A program made the translations under genes and the position numbers. From the human T2T-CHM13v2.0 reference genome, Homo sapiens, in assembly GCF_009914755.1 (NCBI RefSeq), contig NC_060934.1: DNA of 64,000 nt. One strand, written 5' to 3'. Below, piece after piece: positions 21,786-42,953 of the stretch. A model generated the notes under the pieces. The model was not told the DNA's origin. It was given only the letters and a program-made list of their open reading frames with translations, and made no database searches. Positions within the stretch are counted from its first letter, which is position 1, and every line of letters begins with the position of its first letter.

Positions 21786-24059
21786 TGACATGGTTTGGCT
21801 GTGTCCCCACCCAAATCCCATCTTGAATTCCTACGTGTTGTGGGAGGGACCTGGTAGGAGGTAATTGAATCATGGGGGGCAGGTCTTTCCTGTGCTGTTC
21901 TCGTGACTGAATAAGTCTCACAAAAGATGGTGTTTTGAAAAACGGGAGTCTTCCCGCACAAGCTCTCTCTTTGCCAGCTGCCATCCACGTAAGATGTGAC
22001 TTGCTCCTCCTTGCCTTCCACCATGATTGTGAGGCCTCCCCAACATGTGGAACGATAAGTCCATTAAACCTCTTTCTTTTGTAAATTGCCCGGTCTTGGG
22101 TATGTCTTTATCAGCAGTGTGAACATGGACTAATACAGGAAAATGGTACCAGTAAAGCGGGGCACTGCTTAAAAGATACCCGGAAATGTGGAACTGACTT
22201 TGGAACTGGGTAACAGGCGGAGGCTGGAACAATTTGGAGGGCTCAGAAGAAGACAGGAAAATGTGGAAAAGTTTGGAACTCCCTAGAGACTTGTTGAATG
22301 ACTTTGACCAAAATGCTGATAAAGATATGGACAATGAAATCCAGGCTGAGGTGGTCTCAGAAGGAGATGAGGAACTTGTTGGGAACTGGACCAAAAGTGA
22401 CTCTTGTTATATTTTAGCAAAGAGACTGGTAGCATTTTGCCTCTTCCCTAGAGATTTGTGGAACTTTGAACTTGAGAGAGATGATTTAGGGTATCTGGCA
22501 GAAAAAATTTCTAAGCAGCAAAGCATGCAAGAGGTGACTTGGGTGCTGTTAAAGGCATTCAGTTTTATAAGGGATGTACAGAACAGAAGTTCCAAAAATG
22601 TGCAGCCTGACAATGTGATAGAAAAGAAAATCCCATTTCCTGAAGAGAAAAACCAGCTGCAGAAATTTGCGTAAGTAATGAGCAGCCAAATGTTAATCCC
22701 CAAGACAATGGGGAAAATGTCTCCAGGGCATGTCAGAGGTCTTCACGGCAACTGCACCCATCACAGGCCCAAAGGCCTAGGAGGAAAGAGTGATTTCCTG
22801 GGCTGTGCCCAGGATCACTATGCTGTGTGCAGCCTAGGGACTTGGTGCCCTGTGTCCCAGCTGCTCCAGCCATGGCTGAAAGGGGCCAATGTAGAACTCA
22901 GGCCATGGCTTCAGAGGGTGCAAGCCCCAAGCCTTGGCAGCTTCCATGTGGTGTTGAGCCTGCGGGTGCACAGAAGAACTGAGGTTTGGGAACCTCTGCC
23001 TCGATTTCAGAGGATGTATGGAAATGCCTGGATGTCCAGGCAGAAGTTTGCTGCAGGTGCAGGGCTCTCATGGAGAACCTCTGCTGGGGCAGTGCAGAAG
23101 GAAAATGTGGGGTCAGAGCCTCTACACAGAGTCCCTACTGGGGCACCACCTAGTGGAGCTGTGAGAAGAGGGCCAAAATCTTCCAGACCCCAGAATGGTA
23201 GATCCACCAACAGCTTGCACCGTGTGCCTGGAAAAGCTGTAGACACTCAACATCAGCCCGTGAAAGCAGCCAGGAGGGAGGCTGTACCCTGGAGAGCCAC
23301 AGGGGCAGAGCCGCCCAACACCATGGGAACCCACCTCTTGCATCGGTGTGACCTCGTTGTGAGACATGGAGTCAAAGGAGATCATTTTGGAGCTTTAAGA
23401 TTTGACTGCCCCACTGGATTTCAGACTTGCGTGGGGCCTGTAGCCCCTTTGTTTTGGCCAATTTCTCCCATTTGGAATGGCTGTATTTACCCAATGCCTG
23501 TATCCCCATTGTTTCTAGGAAGTAACTAACTTGCTTTTGATTTTACAGGCTCATAGGCAGAAGGGACTTGCCTTGTCTCAGATGAGACGTCGAACTGTGG
23601 ACTTTTGAGTTAATGCTGAAATGAGTTAAGACTTTGGGGGACTGTTGGGAAGGCATGATTAGTTTTGAAATGTGACGACATGAGATTTGGGAGGATCCAG
23701 GCAGAATGATATGGTTTGGCTGTGTCCCCACTCCAAACTCATCTTGAATTCCTATGTGTTGTGGGAGGGAGCCGGTGGGAGATAATTGAATCATGGGGGC
23801 AGGTCTTTCCTGTGCTGCTCTCGTGAGAGTGAGTAAGTCTCATGAGATCTGATGGTTTTGAAAAATGGGAGTCTCCCTACACAAACTCTCTCTTTGCCTG
23901 CTATCATCCATGTAAGACGTGACTTGCTCCTCCTTGCCTTCCACCATGATTGTGAGGCCTCCCCAACCATGTGGAATTGTAAGTCCATTAAACCTCTTCA
24001 TTTTGTAAATTGCCCAGTATCTGGTATCTTCATCAGCAGTGTGAAAATGGACTAATACA
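21786..24059 (+). mobile_element. Full-length THE1 (ERVL-MaLR, THE1A-like): LTR 21786-22137, internal 22138-23706, LTR 23707-24059
   Basis: Two ~350-bp direct repeats run TGA(C/T)ATGGTTTGGCTGTGTCCCC...GGACTAATACA around a ~1.57-kb MaLR internal region (ORF remnants 22234..22674, 22678..23529). 5-bp TSD ATATT/ATATC. The element is antisense to DNMBP. Confidence 0.93.
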
Positions 24060-25792
24060 ATATCTAATGCAAGAATTGTTTACAGGTTTATCTTGAAACT
24101 TGTAGGTATAGAAAGTGATGGAGAATCTGGAGTTTGCTAGGGCTTTGGGAATGTAACACTCAGCCAAGGTTCCCTCAGAATTCTTTTTCAGGGACTCTGA
24201 AATCAAGGTATCTGGCATTCCCCTGAGAGCTCAAGTACTCATATTAAATGAACACCTTTTTGAGGACTTGTCTAAGCATCTACTTCATGCTGTAGCTTGA
24301 GGGTAAATGCTCCTGCTGTTCAGTACAAGCAACCCAGCGGCCTGGCTCCCTAGCTATCCCCTAATCAATTACACTGAATGTGCTCTAGGACCCCTCCTAC
24401 CGCACCATCTCTTAGTCTGCAGTTCCCTTAGAACTCTGCCCACATGCATAATAGTCCTTTCCTAAGAATATTTTGAATAGAGGTTTCCCTCTCTTTCTGC
24501 TATATCATCTTTCAGAAGATTACTTGATTTCCAATAATACTCTTTTTTATTGGAATTTTTTTATTCTATTATTTCCATTCACTTTTATAGACCTAAAGTA
24601 GAAAGGGAGGGAGGTAGCTATATGTGCTCAGTCTGCCATCTTGATCCAGGATCTCTGGATCACCATTCTGCTTTTATCTCTTATTAGTATCCTGCTATTC
24701 CTAGACCCCCTGGGTTGCTTTCTATTATTGACTTTCCTGATGACACATAAGTTCAAATCTCTGGTACACAAGCCAAAAGTGACATGTATTCACGTTCTTG
24801 GGCCCTAGACCAATTGCTGTTGGTTGCCTACCTCTTGTACTCTTCCTATTTATAAATTTTTTCTCCTGTGAGTCTGGTGAATATGAATGAAGTCTCCAGA
24901 GGCTTATCATTCCCAAATTAAGGGAAATAATTTGAATTTTCAGTGTGTCAGTATAGGAAGCGGTGAACTATAATTGTTAGAAACATAAGCTTAAATCCCA
25001 ACTCCCTTGGCAAGTCACTTAATCTCTTTTCAAATTTAATTTAAAACTTTTTTTTTTTTTAAGAGACAGGTCTCTCTATGTTGCCCAGGCTGCTCTTGAA
25101 CTCCTGGGCTCTAGTGATCCTCCTACGTCGGCCTCCCAAAGTGCTGGTATTACAGGCTTGAGCCTACTCAATATCTATGTCTTAGTTTCCTCATCTATAG
25201 AGTAGCCATATGAATTATCATTGTACCTTTAGGGTAGCTGTGAACATTCTTCCTGTAGGCAAATTCTAACACATGCTTACTAATATGGTAATAAATGTTA
25301 GCTATTACTATTATTAAAATCTACTCCCTTGGCCAGGCATGGTATCCCAGCACTTTGGGAGGCCAAGGTGGGTGGATCACTCGAGGTCAGGAGTTTGAGA
25401 CCAGCCTGGGCAATGTGACAAAACCCCATCTCTGCTAAAAATAGAAAAATTAGCCAGGCGTGGTGGCATGCACCTGTAATCTCAGCTATTCAGGAGGCTG
25501 AGGCATGAGATCACTTGAACCCGGGAGGCACAGGTTGCAGTGAGCCAAGATCTCACCACTACAGCCTGGGTGACAGAGTAAGACTCTGTCTCAAAAAAAA
25601 AAAAAAAAAAAGAAAAAGAAAAAAAAGAAATCTATTCTCTGGACAGCAAAGATACAAGATGGAGTTTTCTCATGAGTCTTTCTTAACCTGGAAGTCTTTA
25701 GTGCTTAGTGGAGCCTGATTAAAGAAAGTTCTACTTAGGGACTTCCCATCTGCACCACTGCTATGGATGCCATAGCAGAATAAGAGACATAA

Positions 25793-26149
<357 letters not shown>

Positions 26150-26426
26150 TGAGCAGCAAATGAAGTCAGGAGGCTACAGCAGTCATAGGCTCAAAACAGA
26201 GTCAGAGGCTCAAGACAGCCTATCTAGGGTGATGAAATAAGAAATTAGGTAGTGAGGCTGGGTGCGGTGGCTCATGCCTGTAATCCCAGCACTTTGGGAG
26301 GTCAAGGTGGGCAGATCACCTGAGGGCAGGAGTTCGAGACCAGCCTGACCAACATGGAGAATTCCCATCTCTACTAAAAATACAAAATTAGCCAGGCATG
26401 GTGGCGCTTGCCTGTAATCCCAGCTA

Positions 26427-26757
<331 letters not shown>

Positions 26758-27006
26758 TCACTTGAGCCCAGGAGGTGGAGGCTGCAGTGAGCCAAGTTCA
26801 TGCCACTGCACTCCAGCCTGGGCAACAGAGTGAGACTGTCTCAAAAAAAAAGGAAAAAAAAAAAAAGAAAAGAAATTAGGTAATGAAAATGTAAATCATT
26901 TTTTGTCCATCGAGGATGGTAACATATCCCTAAAAAGCCTGGGTAGGCTGTTTCTGGGACTTGTGAGTGTCAAGAAACAATTACATATTATTTCCTCGTC
27001 ACTTAC

Positions 27007-28998
27007 CTCTTAGTTGCTGGAGTTCCATATTCAAACTTTCAATGTTACTTTCACAGAACTTGAGATCCTCGAGGGTCTCTGCTCTTGATGATTCATCCTG
27101 CTTCTCCTCCAGCATGAGGTTTAGCTCTTCTTGAGCTCTACTGTACATATCCAAGTCCCGCTCCATTTCCTCAATCCTCACCAGCACTAAGGGGCATGGG
27201 GAGGTCTGGTCCAGACTCCTTCCCATATGACCAGGGCCCTCCTTTTCTAAGGTCTCACAGGTAGGACGGTGTCGAGATAGGAGCTTGGGGGATACCGCAT
27301 TCGTTCTCTGCTGTGCTGAGGGAGGCAGGGGAGCTGGGCGAGAGGGTCGCACCACCAAGGGTGGTGCAGGTTTTAGGTTCTGGTCAACCAGCAAATGGGG
27401 AGAAGTGGATACCGGAGTACAGGGACGAGGTGGCGGTGGCCTTAGGGCCTTTCTCCTTTCCGGCAGCTCCTGCTCGGTGATTAACTTTGAGGAACCTCGG
27501 ACAATATCCTTCTCAGAGTTAAAGTCCATGATTGAAAAGTGGCGTAAAATTTTATCTGGCTCTGTGCCGGGCCCTGCCAAGCTCTTCTCAAACTCGATCA
27601 GCTGTTGTGTCAGCTTCGAGTCCAGGTCAGTGCTGCCGTCTCCCTGTGAATGTGTTGCTGCTTCCATAACAAGCCCTTGGGCTTGCGGACCAGGCTTCAT
27701 CTCCAATCTCTCTGAGATGGAGTAAACACTGGACGTGTGGTGCTTTTTAGTATAACTTGCTAGGTTGTGGAGCTGAGGACTTGATTGTCTGGGTTTGACT
27801 ACCCTTGAAGCTGAAACAGAAGAGCCCCTGTAAAGAGGGAGCACTGGCTTCTGAAGAGTTTTTAGCTGGGAATACATTCTTTTGGGAGGTAGGCTGGCAT
27901 AGTCTCTAGTCCTTGCTTCTAGGGGAAGAAGGTCAGGGTACTGTTCTGAGTGCGGGTGGCTCCCTCCCACTGTAGAATAATACTGGCTTTTCTGCAAGTT
28001 GGGATGAAAAGGGACCTGAGGTTGGGAGGAAATACCATTGACTACTTCTGTAGGGTCAGATGTGGGAGAGTCTGTGGCAAGAGGCATTTCCCACTCCACG
28101 CCTGGGCTTCTCGGGGGCCCTCCTGCGGTGTCCTCGTCCTGATAAGAGTTTCTGTCTGTGTCATACTCTGAAGTCAGATGACCGAGGGGAGAAGTGGGTG
28201 CTTCAGAAATAATGCAGTCAGGCTCCTCGGCCTCATGGTCACTGGTTTCATGTCTTTGTTCCTCTACTCCTAAGGTGTTCTCCAAACAATCCAAAGAAGT
28301 TTCCGGGATCCTGGCAAGGCTGCCTTCCTGGGGCAGAGCCATGGTTTCCTCCACCCGTGTGTCAGGACATAATTTCACAAACCGGTAAGGAAAGATGCCT
28401 GTCCTGCCCTTCAGGGATCCTTCCAGCCAGCCATCTTCCAAGGTCGCCAGAATTCGGATTTTATCCCCGACCTCGAAATCCAGCTCATTTGGCTCCAGGG
28501 CTTGGAATCTGTACAGGGCGACCCCATAGGTCCCTGGCTCCTCCTCATCCTCATCCGGCCCTATCTCTTCTTCTCCTACAGGGGTATCTACTTCACCATT
28601 AACAATGCAGTCATCTTGATTTCCAGAACTTACTGACTCATCCACAGTCCTCAGGGGCCCCAACAGCTCTACAAAACCTTCTGGAAAAATGCCTCTTCGG
28701 CCCTCTAACTCCCCTTCAAACCAGCCTGGTTCAGGAACTCCAATAATGGTGATCACATCCCCTTCCCTGAAGTCCAGCTCTTCATCCAGCTGAGCAGAAA
28801 GCCCCATTAGGGCCCGGGCTTGTCCCATGGAATATTCCGGAATCTGAAACAGGGCGCTCTGGGAGTGCCACTGCCGGCTCTGTGAGGAGAGGCAGAGCTC
28901 GCGGACACATGAAGATGGGAAGAAGCCCCGTGCGCCCCAGCAGCTTCGGCCCTGCAGCCAGCCTGCAGTGGGAATGCCATCGAGAATCACCAGGTCAC
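27007..28998 (-). CDS. DNMBP: DNMBP large coding exon (1992 nt): rest of SH3-2, SH3-3, SH3-4, disordered/Pro-rich linker, coiled-coil start
   Basis: Lies within ORF 26999..28990. Acceptor tcttttctttag|GTGACCTG and donor AGAG|gtaagt. SH3 motifs ARALMGLSAQLDEELDFREGD...GWFEG...GIFP and ALYRFQALEPNELDFEVGD...GWLEG...GIFP are present. 1992 nt = 664 codons, phase 1-1. Confidence 0.97.
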
Positions 28999-29175
28999 CT
29001 AAAGAAAAGAGGAGCAGAGATGGTGACCTCAGTCATCACCCAGCAGAACATTATCACGACTAATAGTGCAACCTCTCATTTTAAACAGCTACCAAATTCA
29101 AGGAAATACACCTAGAGCTTTAGGAGCATGAACAATTTTGACAATTTATTGAATTGGAGCAGTTCTATAAACCTG

Positions 29176-31360
<2,185 letters not shown>

Positions 31361-31577
31361 GGAGGCCAGGTGCAGTGGCTCACACCTGTAATTCCAGCAC
31401 TTTGGGAGGCTGAGGTAGAAGGATTGCTGGAGCAGAAGAGTTCAAGATCAGCCTGGGCAACATAGTGAGACCGCGTCTCTATTTAAAATTTAAAAAAAAA
31501 TTAGCCGGTGTGGTGGTGAGCGCTATAGTCCCAGCTACTTGGGAACCTGAGGCAGGAGGATCGCTTCAGCCCAGGAA

Positions 31578-35794
<4,217 letters not shown>

Positions 35795-36889
35795 TATAGG
35801 CAAGGGATGAGGATTCTGTCTTACGTGAGGCAATTATTAGTGATATTTTATCACTTGTCATAATATGCACTAACTTGTTTCTCTCCTCTCTGTCTTTTCC
35901 TTGTCCTATTCTCTCTCTTTTTTTTTTTTTTTTTTTTTTTTGGAGACAGAGACTTGCTCTGTCGCCCAGGCTGCAGTGCAGTGGTGCGATCTCGGCTCGC
36001 TGCAACCTCTGCTTTCCGGGTTCGAGCAATTTCTCCTGCCTCAGCCTCCCGAGGAGCTGGGATTACAGGTGCCTGCCACCATGCTGGTAGTGATGGGGTT
36101 TCACCATCTTGGCCAGGTTGATCTCAAACTCCTGACCTCGTGATCCACCCGCCTCAGCCTCCCAAAGTGCTGGGATTACAGGCGTGAGCCACTGCGCCCA
36201 GCCTCCTTGCACTAATCTCTTATTTTGGCTTTGTTCTTTACTCCCCTCCACCCCCCACCTTTCTTTTCTCCTGTTTTTTTTTTTTTTTTAGGATAGTCAG
36301 GGGCACTGGCCACCTGTTTTGATTCTTCTTCTAAGAGACAGACTTGTTTCTCAGTTTAAATATAACTCGAGGCCAGGCGTGGTGGCTCATGCCTGTAATC
36401 CCAGCACTTTGGCAGGTCGAGGCAGGCGGATTGCTTGAAGTCAGGAGTTCGAGACCAGCTTGGCCAAAATGGTGAAACCCTGTCTCTACTAAAAATACAA
36501 AAATTAGTTGGGTGTGGTGGCACACACCTGTAATCCCAGCTATTCGGGAGGCTAAGGCATGAATATCACTTGAACCAACGAGGCGGAAGTGGCAGTGAGC
36601 AGAAATTGCGCCACTGCACTCCCGCCTGGGCGACAGTGTGAGACTCCAGCCCAAGGAAAAAAAAAAAATATATATATATATATATTTTAACTCAAAACAG
36701 TAGGAATAGTCCAAAACAATTACATAGCTTCAGGAAAAGGAAGAAGGGTGACATCTGCTGGAACAAAGATCAGTGGTTCTGATTTCACATAGAATCTCTC
36801 TGAGAACAGACACACAAAACTTCACAGACTTATCCCAGAAACAAGATACCCAAAGCACATCAATGAAGCCCAGGCGCCCAGGTTAAGAC

Positions 36890-37130
36890 TAATAAGAATA
36901 GCTAGCATTTACTGAGCGCTTACCTACTACCACATGCTTTCCATGTACAACCTCATCTAATCCTCACAATCACCCTGAGGTAGGTATTATATTATTATCC
37001 TCATTTTGTAGATAAGAAAACTGAGGCTGAGAGACTTAAGTAACTAGTCCAAGGTCACAGCTATTAAGTGGTGGACTTGGATTTAAACTTAGGCCTGTCA
37101 GAATTCTTATCCCCTAAGCTATACTGCCTG
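36890..37130 (-). mobile_element. MIR
   Basis: ATTATCCTCATTTTGTAGATAAGAAAACTGAGGCTGAGAGACTTAAGTAACTAGTCCAAGGTCACAGC is the MIR core in reverse. Confidence 0.75.
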
Positions 37131-37297
37131 CTCTAAATACATATAGACATCTATAAATTACACATATATTTTTTCTCTTATTAATCCTAATGATACTTCT
37201 TAAAGGTAAGTAAGTAACAGTGAACTAAAAAGGCACGTGGTAAAACACAACAGATCTCAAACATTATCTCACATACTTTTTTTTTTTTTTTTTTTGA

Positions 37298-37456
<159 letters not shown>

Positions 37457-39105
37457 TAGTAAAGATGGGGTTTCACCATGTTGGCCAGGCTGGTCTCGAA
37501 CTCCTTACCTCAGGTGATCCACCCGCCTAGGCCTCCCAAAGTGCTGGGATTACAGGCTTGAGCTACCATGCCTGGCCCCACATACTCTTAAGGTTTCCAA
37601 ATCCCCTCCTGACCTATTCCATCATCAACATTTCATTTACAGACACACTGATCTAATGGAAAAAGTGATTTTCAGTCTAGGAAGTTGAAGCGCCATCCCA
37701 AGCACTAGACTTAAAAAACAGGAAACCTAGATGCAAGTCTGATAAACTTGCATATCTGGCATAAAACAATACTTTCATTTTTTAGTGATTTTGTTTCCCA
37801 CCAGTAAATACCTGTTGATGTGACTTGTCACGTATACAAAAAGAGAAATTAAAATCATTTGTGCACAAGCTAAGTTTCCCAGAAAAAGGCAAATTGCATA
37901 GGTATAACTAACTTCTCCATCCTCCAAGCCTTGTGTTTCCAAATTAAAAGACAGAGCTAAAAAAAAAACGTGAAAGGCATAGAAGGAAAGCTGACTGGTC
38001 AGTGTGTTTACTGGCAGTAGATTATCACAGAGAGGAGAACAAGATAAAACCATGGATAATTAGTACATCTCATTCTAGTCTCTCTTTCCCAATGTATCCC
38101 CCTGCCCACATCCTCTTCCTTTGGATTCCACTTACATCTTTAAGCTTATTAGGCTTAACTGGTTAAAAGGTAGTCAAGATAAAATCTAGATTCCAGGTCC
38201 TGGCCTGACCTTGAGTCAGTCTTCAGACAGGTGACTCACGATGCCAGATTCTTTCTGAGAATCTCTCGGATGGCATGCTTCCTAAGAAAAGTTCATGCTA
38301 CCCACATCCTCTGAACAGCTCAGCGGAAGCCACTGTACTCTTGTCCTTTCTCCATTCCATCAGATATGGACTACAGACTCCACTGGGAGAGCTATGAGTA
38401 AGGACAGATAAGGTCCCTGCTATAATCTCTTAATCTATTTCTGTCTACCTTCCCAACACTGATTAACAAGAAAGCATAGAGCTGAAGTAGAGACTGAGTA
38501 TAAAGTGAAGTGTAAGAAACTCTCAAAACAACAGAGCGTGGTGGCGTTTTCTCTCGTTAATACGTTTTGTTTTTTTTTTGAAACAAGGTCTTGTTCTGTT
38601 GCCCAAGCTGGAGTGTAGTGGCGTAAACACAGCTCACTGCAGCCTCAACCTCCTAGGCTCAGGCTCCTGCCTCAGTTTCCTGAGTAGCTGGGACCACAGG
38701 CATATACCACTGGTATGCACCACCATGCCTGGCTAATTTAATTTTTTTTTTTTTTTTTGTAGAGACAGCGTCCTGCCATGTTGCCCAGGCTGATCTCAAA
38801 CTCTTGGGCTCAAGGGATACTCTTGCCTTTGGCCTCCCAAAATGCTAGGATTACAGGCATGAGCCACTATACCCAGCCTCTTATCAATCCTAATGATACT
38901 TCTTAAAGTTAAGTAAGGTCTGTAATCCCAGCTACTCGGGAGACTGAGGTGGTAGCATCACTTGAGGCTAGGAGTTTCAGACCAGCCTGGGCAACAACGT
39001 GAGACCCTGTGTCTTAAAAAATAAAATAAAATTTGTATAATAAAAAATAAATAATCGCAGCACTTTGGGAGGCCAAGGTGGGCAGATCACAAGATCAGGA
39101 GTTCA

Positions 39106-39398
<293 letters not shown>

Positions 39399-39447
39399 TT
39401 ATTCCATTCTTATCACTAAGGGTTAGAGAAGTTTGCTAGGTTTTTCT

Positions 39448-39449
<2 letters not shown>

Positions 39450-39482
<33 letters not shown>
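39450..39482. repeat. (TG)n microsatellite, ~16 units
   Basis: Direct reading. Confidence 0.95.
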
Positions 39483-39486
<4 letters not shown>

Positions 39487-40192
39487 TGTGTGTACATGAT
39501 TTAAGAAATGAAGCCTGTCCCTTTTGTGCCATATGCCAAAGAGCAAGTAATGATATTAATAACACACCTAATAAGTTCTACTGTTTTGATGACTGAGTCA
39601 TCACAAAATTGGATTGATCAGAAGCTTCTGTCTTTTAGACACTACTGGTTTCTCTGTTTATGCAGAATGGACTTAAGGATACTTGTTGAAATGGTTTATA
39701 GTTTGTTCATCTAATCAGAGTGCAAGAAGGGAGAAATACTTGGAAAATCACTGAGAGATAGCTATGACTACCTGTTTTAATTTATATTTATATATTTATG
39801 TATTATTTATTTGAGACAGGGTCTCGCTCTGTCACCCAGGCTGGAGTGCAGTGATGTGATCATAGCTCACTGACGCTTCCAACTCAAGCGATCCTCTTGC
39901 TGCAGCCTCCTGAGTTGTTAGGACTATAGGTGCATACCACCATGCCTGGCTAAGTACGACTATCTGTTTTAAATCACTTCCTTTTAAACTGGCTCTGATA
40001 AGACAGTAGTAAAATGCGGATGTTTTGCACCTATCTCTTAATTTCCACATCAAAATTCCTGCTCTACTATTATACATTAATAAATGGTAATATTGTTAGC
40101 AAAGCCGTACCCAGTTATTTTTTTCTCCCTCCGCCCACGCCCCGTATCAGTTTTTAAAAGAAAAAAAGAGAAATAAAGCCTGAAGTTGGTCA

Positions 40193-40469
<277 letters not shown>

Positions 40470-40896
40470 TCAAAAAAAAAAAAAAAAGAGAGAGAGAGCA
40501 TGAGCCTGAAGTGTGGCTATAGCATGGGGGCATTGGAAAGATAACACTGGACTTAGAATATGATCAGTTCATATTCTGAGGCCAAGACTTCCCACCTTCG
40601 GCCAACAGTCTTTGAATTTTGCTCTCATTATTTATAAAATACAGTTAATAATCCCCACTTTCCTACCTCCCAGGTCTGTGCTGAGGATCAAATGAGAATA
40701 TATTTGTGAGAAAATACCTTGGAAATTTTAAAATGGTACTAAACTATAAGGCATCATTACGTCCACGCTATTTGGTATTGCCGAGGACTCTCTAGAGGTT
40801 AAGCCACTTCACAAATTCAAAAAGGATCTGGTTGTCGAAACGGGCAGACTCCAAAAATCTAATTTCAAATAGTCTACTATTTGATGAGCAGCTTAC

Positions 40897-41019
40897 CTCG
40901 ATGGAGGGGAAGATTATCCAACTCTTGGGATGTGAATTCACAAATGCACACAAACAGCCTCTCTCCCTCTTTTAGACTGGGAATGGTCACAATTTCCACA
41001 AAACTGCTGGGGAATTGTC
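40897..41019 (-). CDS. DNMBP: DNMBP internal coding exon (123 nt); end of SH3-1, start of SH3-2
   Basis: Acceptor ttttattttcag|GA and donor CGAG|gtaagc. In frame with the previous exon it reads (G)QFPSSFVEIVTIPSLKEGERLFVCICEFTSQELDNLPLHR(G). Phase 1-1. Confidence 0.96.
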
Positions 41020-42331
41020 CTGAAAATAAAAGCAAACATATTAAATTTTAATACTGAGATTTCTTTTCCCGTCTGTGTACAAGGACAAAAACTTTTCTTC
41101 TGAGTCCATGTATAGACCGTAACTTGAAAACTCAGGGAATACTCATAATTGGAGAATCTGTTGGAGAAGAAGTATAGTGCACAAAACTAGATGCATGCAG
41201 GACAGACAGAATGCAATTCAATTTGGTACGCATTTACTGGGGGCTGCTATAGGCAAAGCACGCTGCAGAGGAAAACATAAGACAGTTTTGGTTTTCAAAG
41301 ATCTAAAAACCTAGTTCAGACAAAAAGTCGAATTCAGACATAAATAATAATTCAATCCTGAAATCTGGTATCATAACGTAAGTACACAAATTGTTACGGA
41401 AGTTCAGAAAAGGTAGGTAATAGGTCAGGAAGAACATAAAAAACTTTATGAAAACAATAGCATTTGAATCTGACGGTGGACAAGGTTTTAATAGGTGGTG
41501 GGAGAAAGACAGGGCCTGCCAGTTGGAAAGTATCAGAAAGTCTGATTGATTCTACCTTCTGTCTCTGGGTATATTTATCTCCAGACCCACCACCTTGGTC
41601 CATGCCATCACCATCCCTCACCTGGATTACTGCAGCGACCTTCCAAATGCTTCCCTGCCTTCAGTTTTGTCCCTTTCTATCATTCTTAAGTCTGCAGCAG
41701 TGAGTTTTCTAAAATTCAAATCTGATCATGTTCAAAGCACTTTCAGGGTTTCCCATTTTCTTCACTCCTTACCATGGCATACTCTGTCTCCCATGATCCA
41801 GCTTTTGCTCATCTCTCCAGCCCACCTTTCTCCCTCAACCACTCACACCTCATGCCCTACTAAACTTCTCTAGGTCCCCTGTGTTCTCACATTCCAGGGA
41901 CCTTCAACAAGCAATCCTCTCTGCCTACCATCTTTCCTTGCTAACTCCTTCTCATCATTTTTGTCTCAGCTGAGATATCATTTCTACTGGGAAATAATTT
42001 ATCTCCCAAATGTGGGTTAAGTGTCAACAGAGTGTGCTCGAAGGACTCCAACCCAGACTTACATAAATATGAGTACATGCAAGTTAAGGATTGGATTAAC
42101 ACAGATGCATGTGGTGTGGGAAAAGCTTCCACCCTTCCCTAGGCTTATTAATGAAAGAAATCGATGTGAACATATATCTTACAGAATTGAAGAAAGCTAA
42201 CCAGGTGCGTGGAATGTGGGTGGTAGGTACCATGTAGGGTAAGGGATAACTTTAATAAATTTGGGCCAGCCATGGATCCAAGAAGGAGTGAACAGGATGA
42301 ATCATGCTCCTTTGAAGAAAATGAAAGAAAG

Positions 42332-42364
42332 ATCACTTCTCAGCCTTTTGCCTAAGATCAAGTG
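42332..42364 (+). pseudogene. 3'-truncated, tailless U2 snRNA retropseudogene (first 33 nt)
   Basis: ATCACTTCTCAGCCTTTTGCCTAAGATCAAGTG matches U2 5' ATCGCTTCTCGGCCTTTTGGCTAAGATCAAGTG at 30/33, two of the changes being CpG decay. TSD AATGAAAGAAAG at 42320-42331 and 42368-42379. Confidence 0.88.
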
Positions 42365-42473
42365 AAGAATGAAAGAAAGGGTAGAAAATGTTCAAAGAAG
42401 ACAGCCAGAGGAAACAAGGTGGAGAGCACCTTGTGTTCCACAAATCATAAAGCTGGTTATGAAAAGCAGTAGT

Positions 42474-42953
<480 letters not shown>

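Noticed and set aside
22234-23529. 146-aa and 283-aa + strand ORFs
   Set aside because: They lie within the THE1 internal region and are remnants of the MaLR ORF in different frames; no evidence of a host gene.
23958-23970. Possible PRDM9 hotspot motif in THE1 LTRs
   Set aside because: The site reads CCTCCCCAACCAT (and is shorter in the 5' LTR), which does not fit CCNCCNTNNCCNC.
27285-28602. Antisense ORFs over the large exon (e.g. 146 aa at 27285..27725)
   Set aside because: Expected shadow ORFs opposite GC-rich coding sequence.
38212-38238. Two AP-1 sites (TGAGTCA, TGACTCA) 20 bp apart; AGGTCAGGTCA at 2961 also noted
   Set aside because: Short motifs expected by chance in 64 kb; no chromatin data to support an enhancer call.
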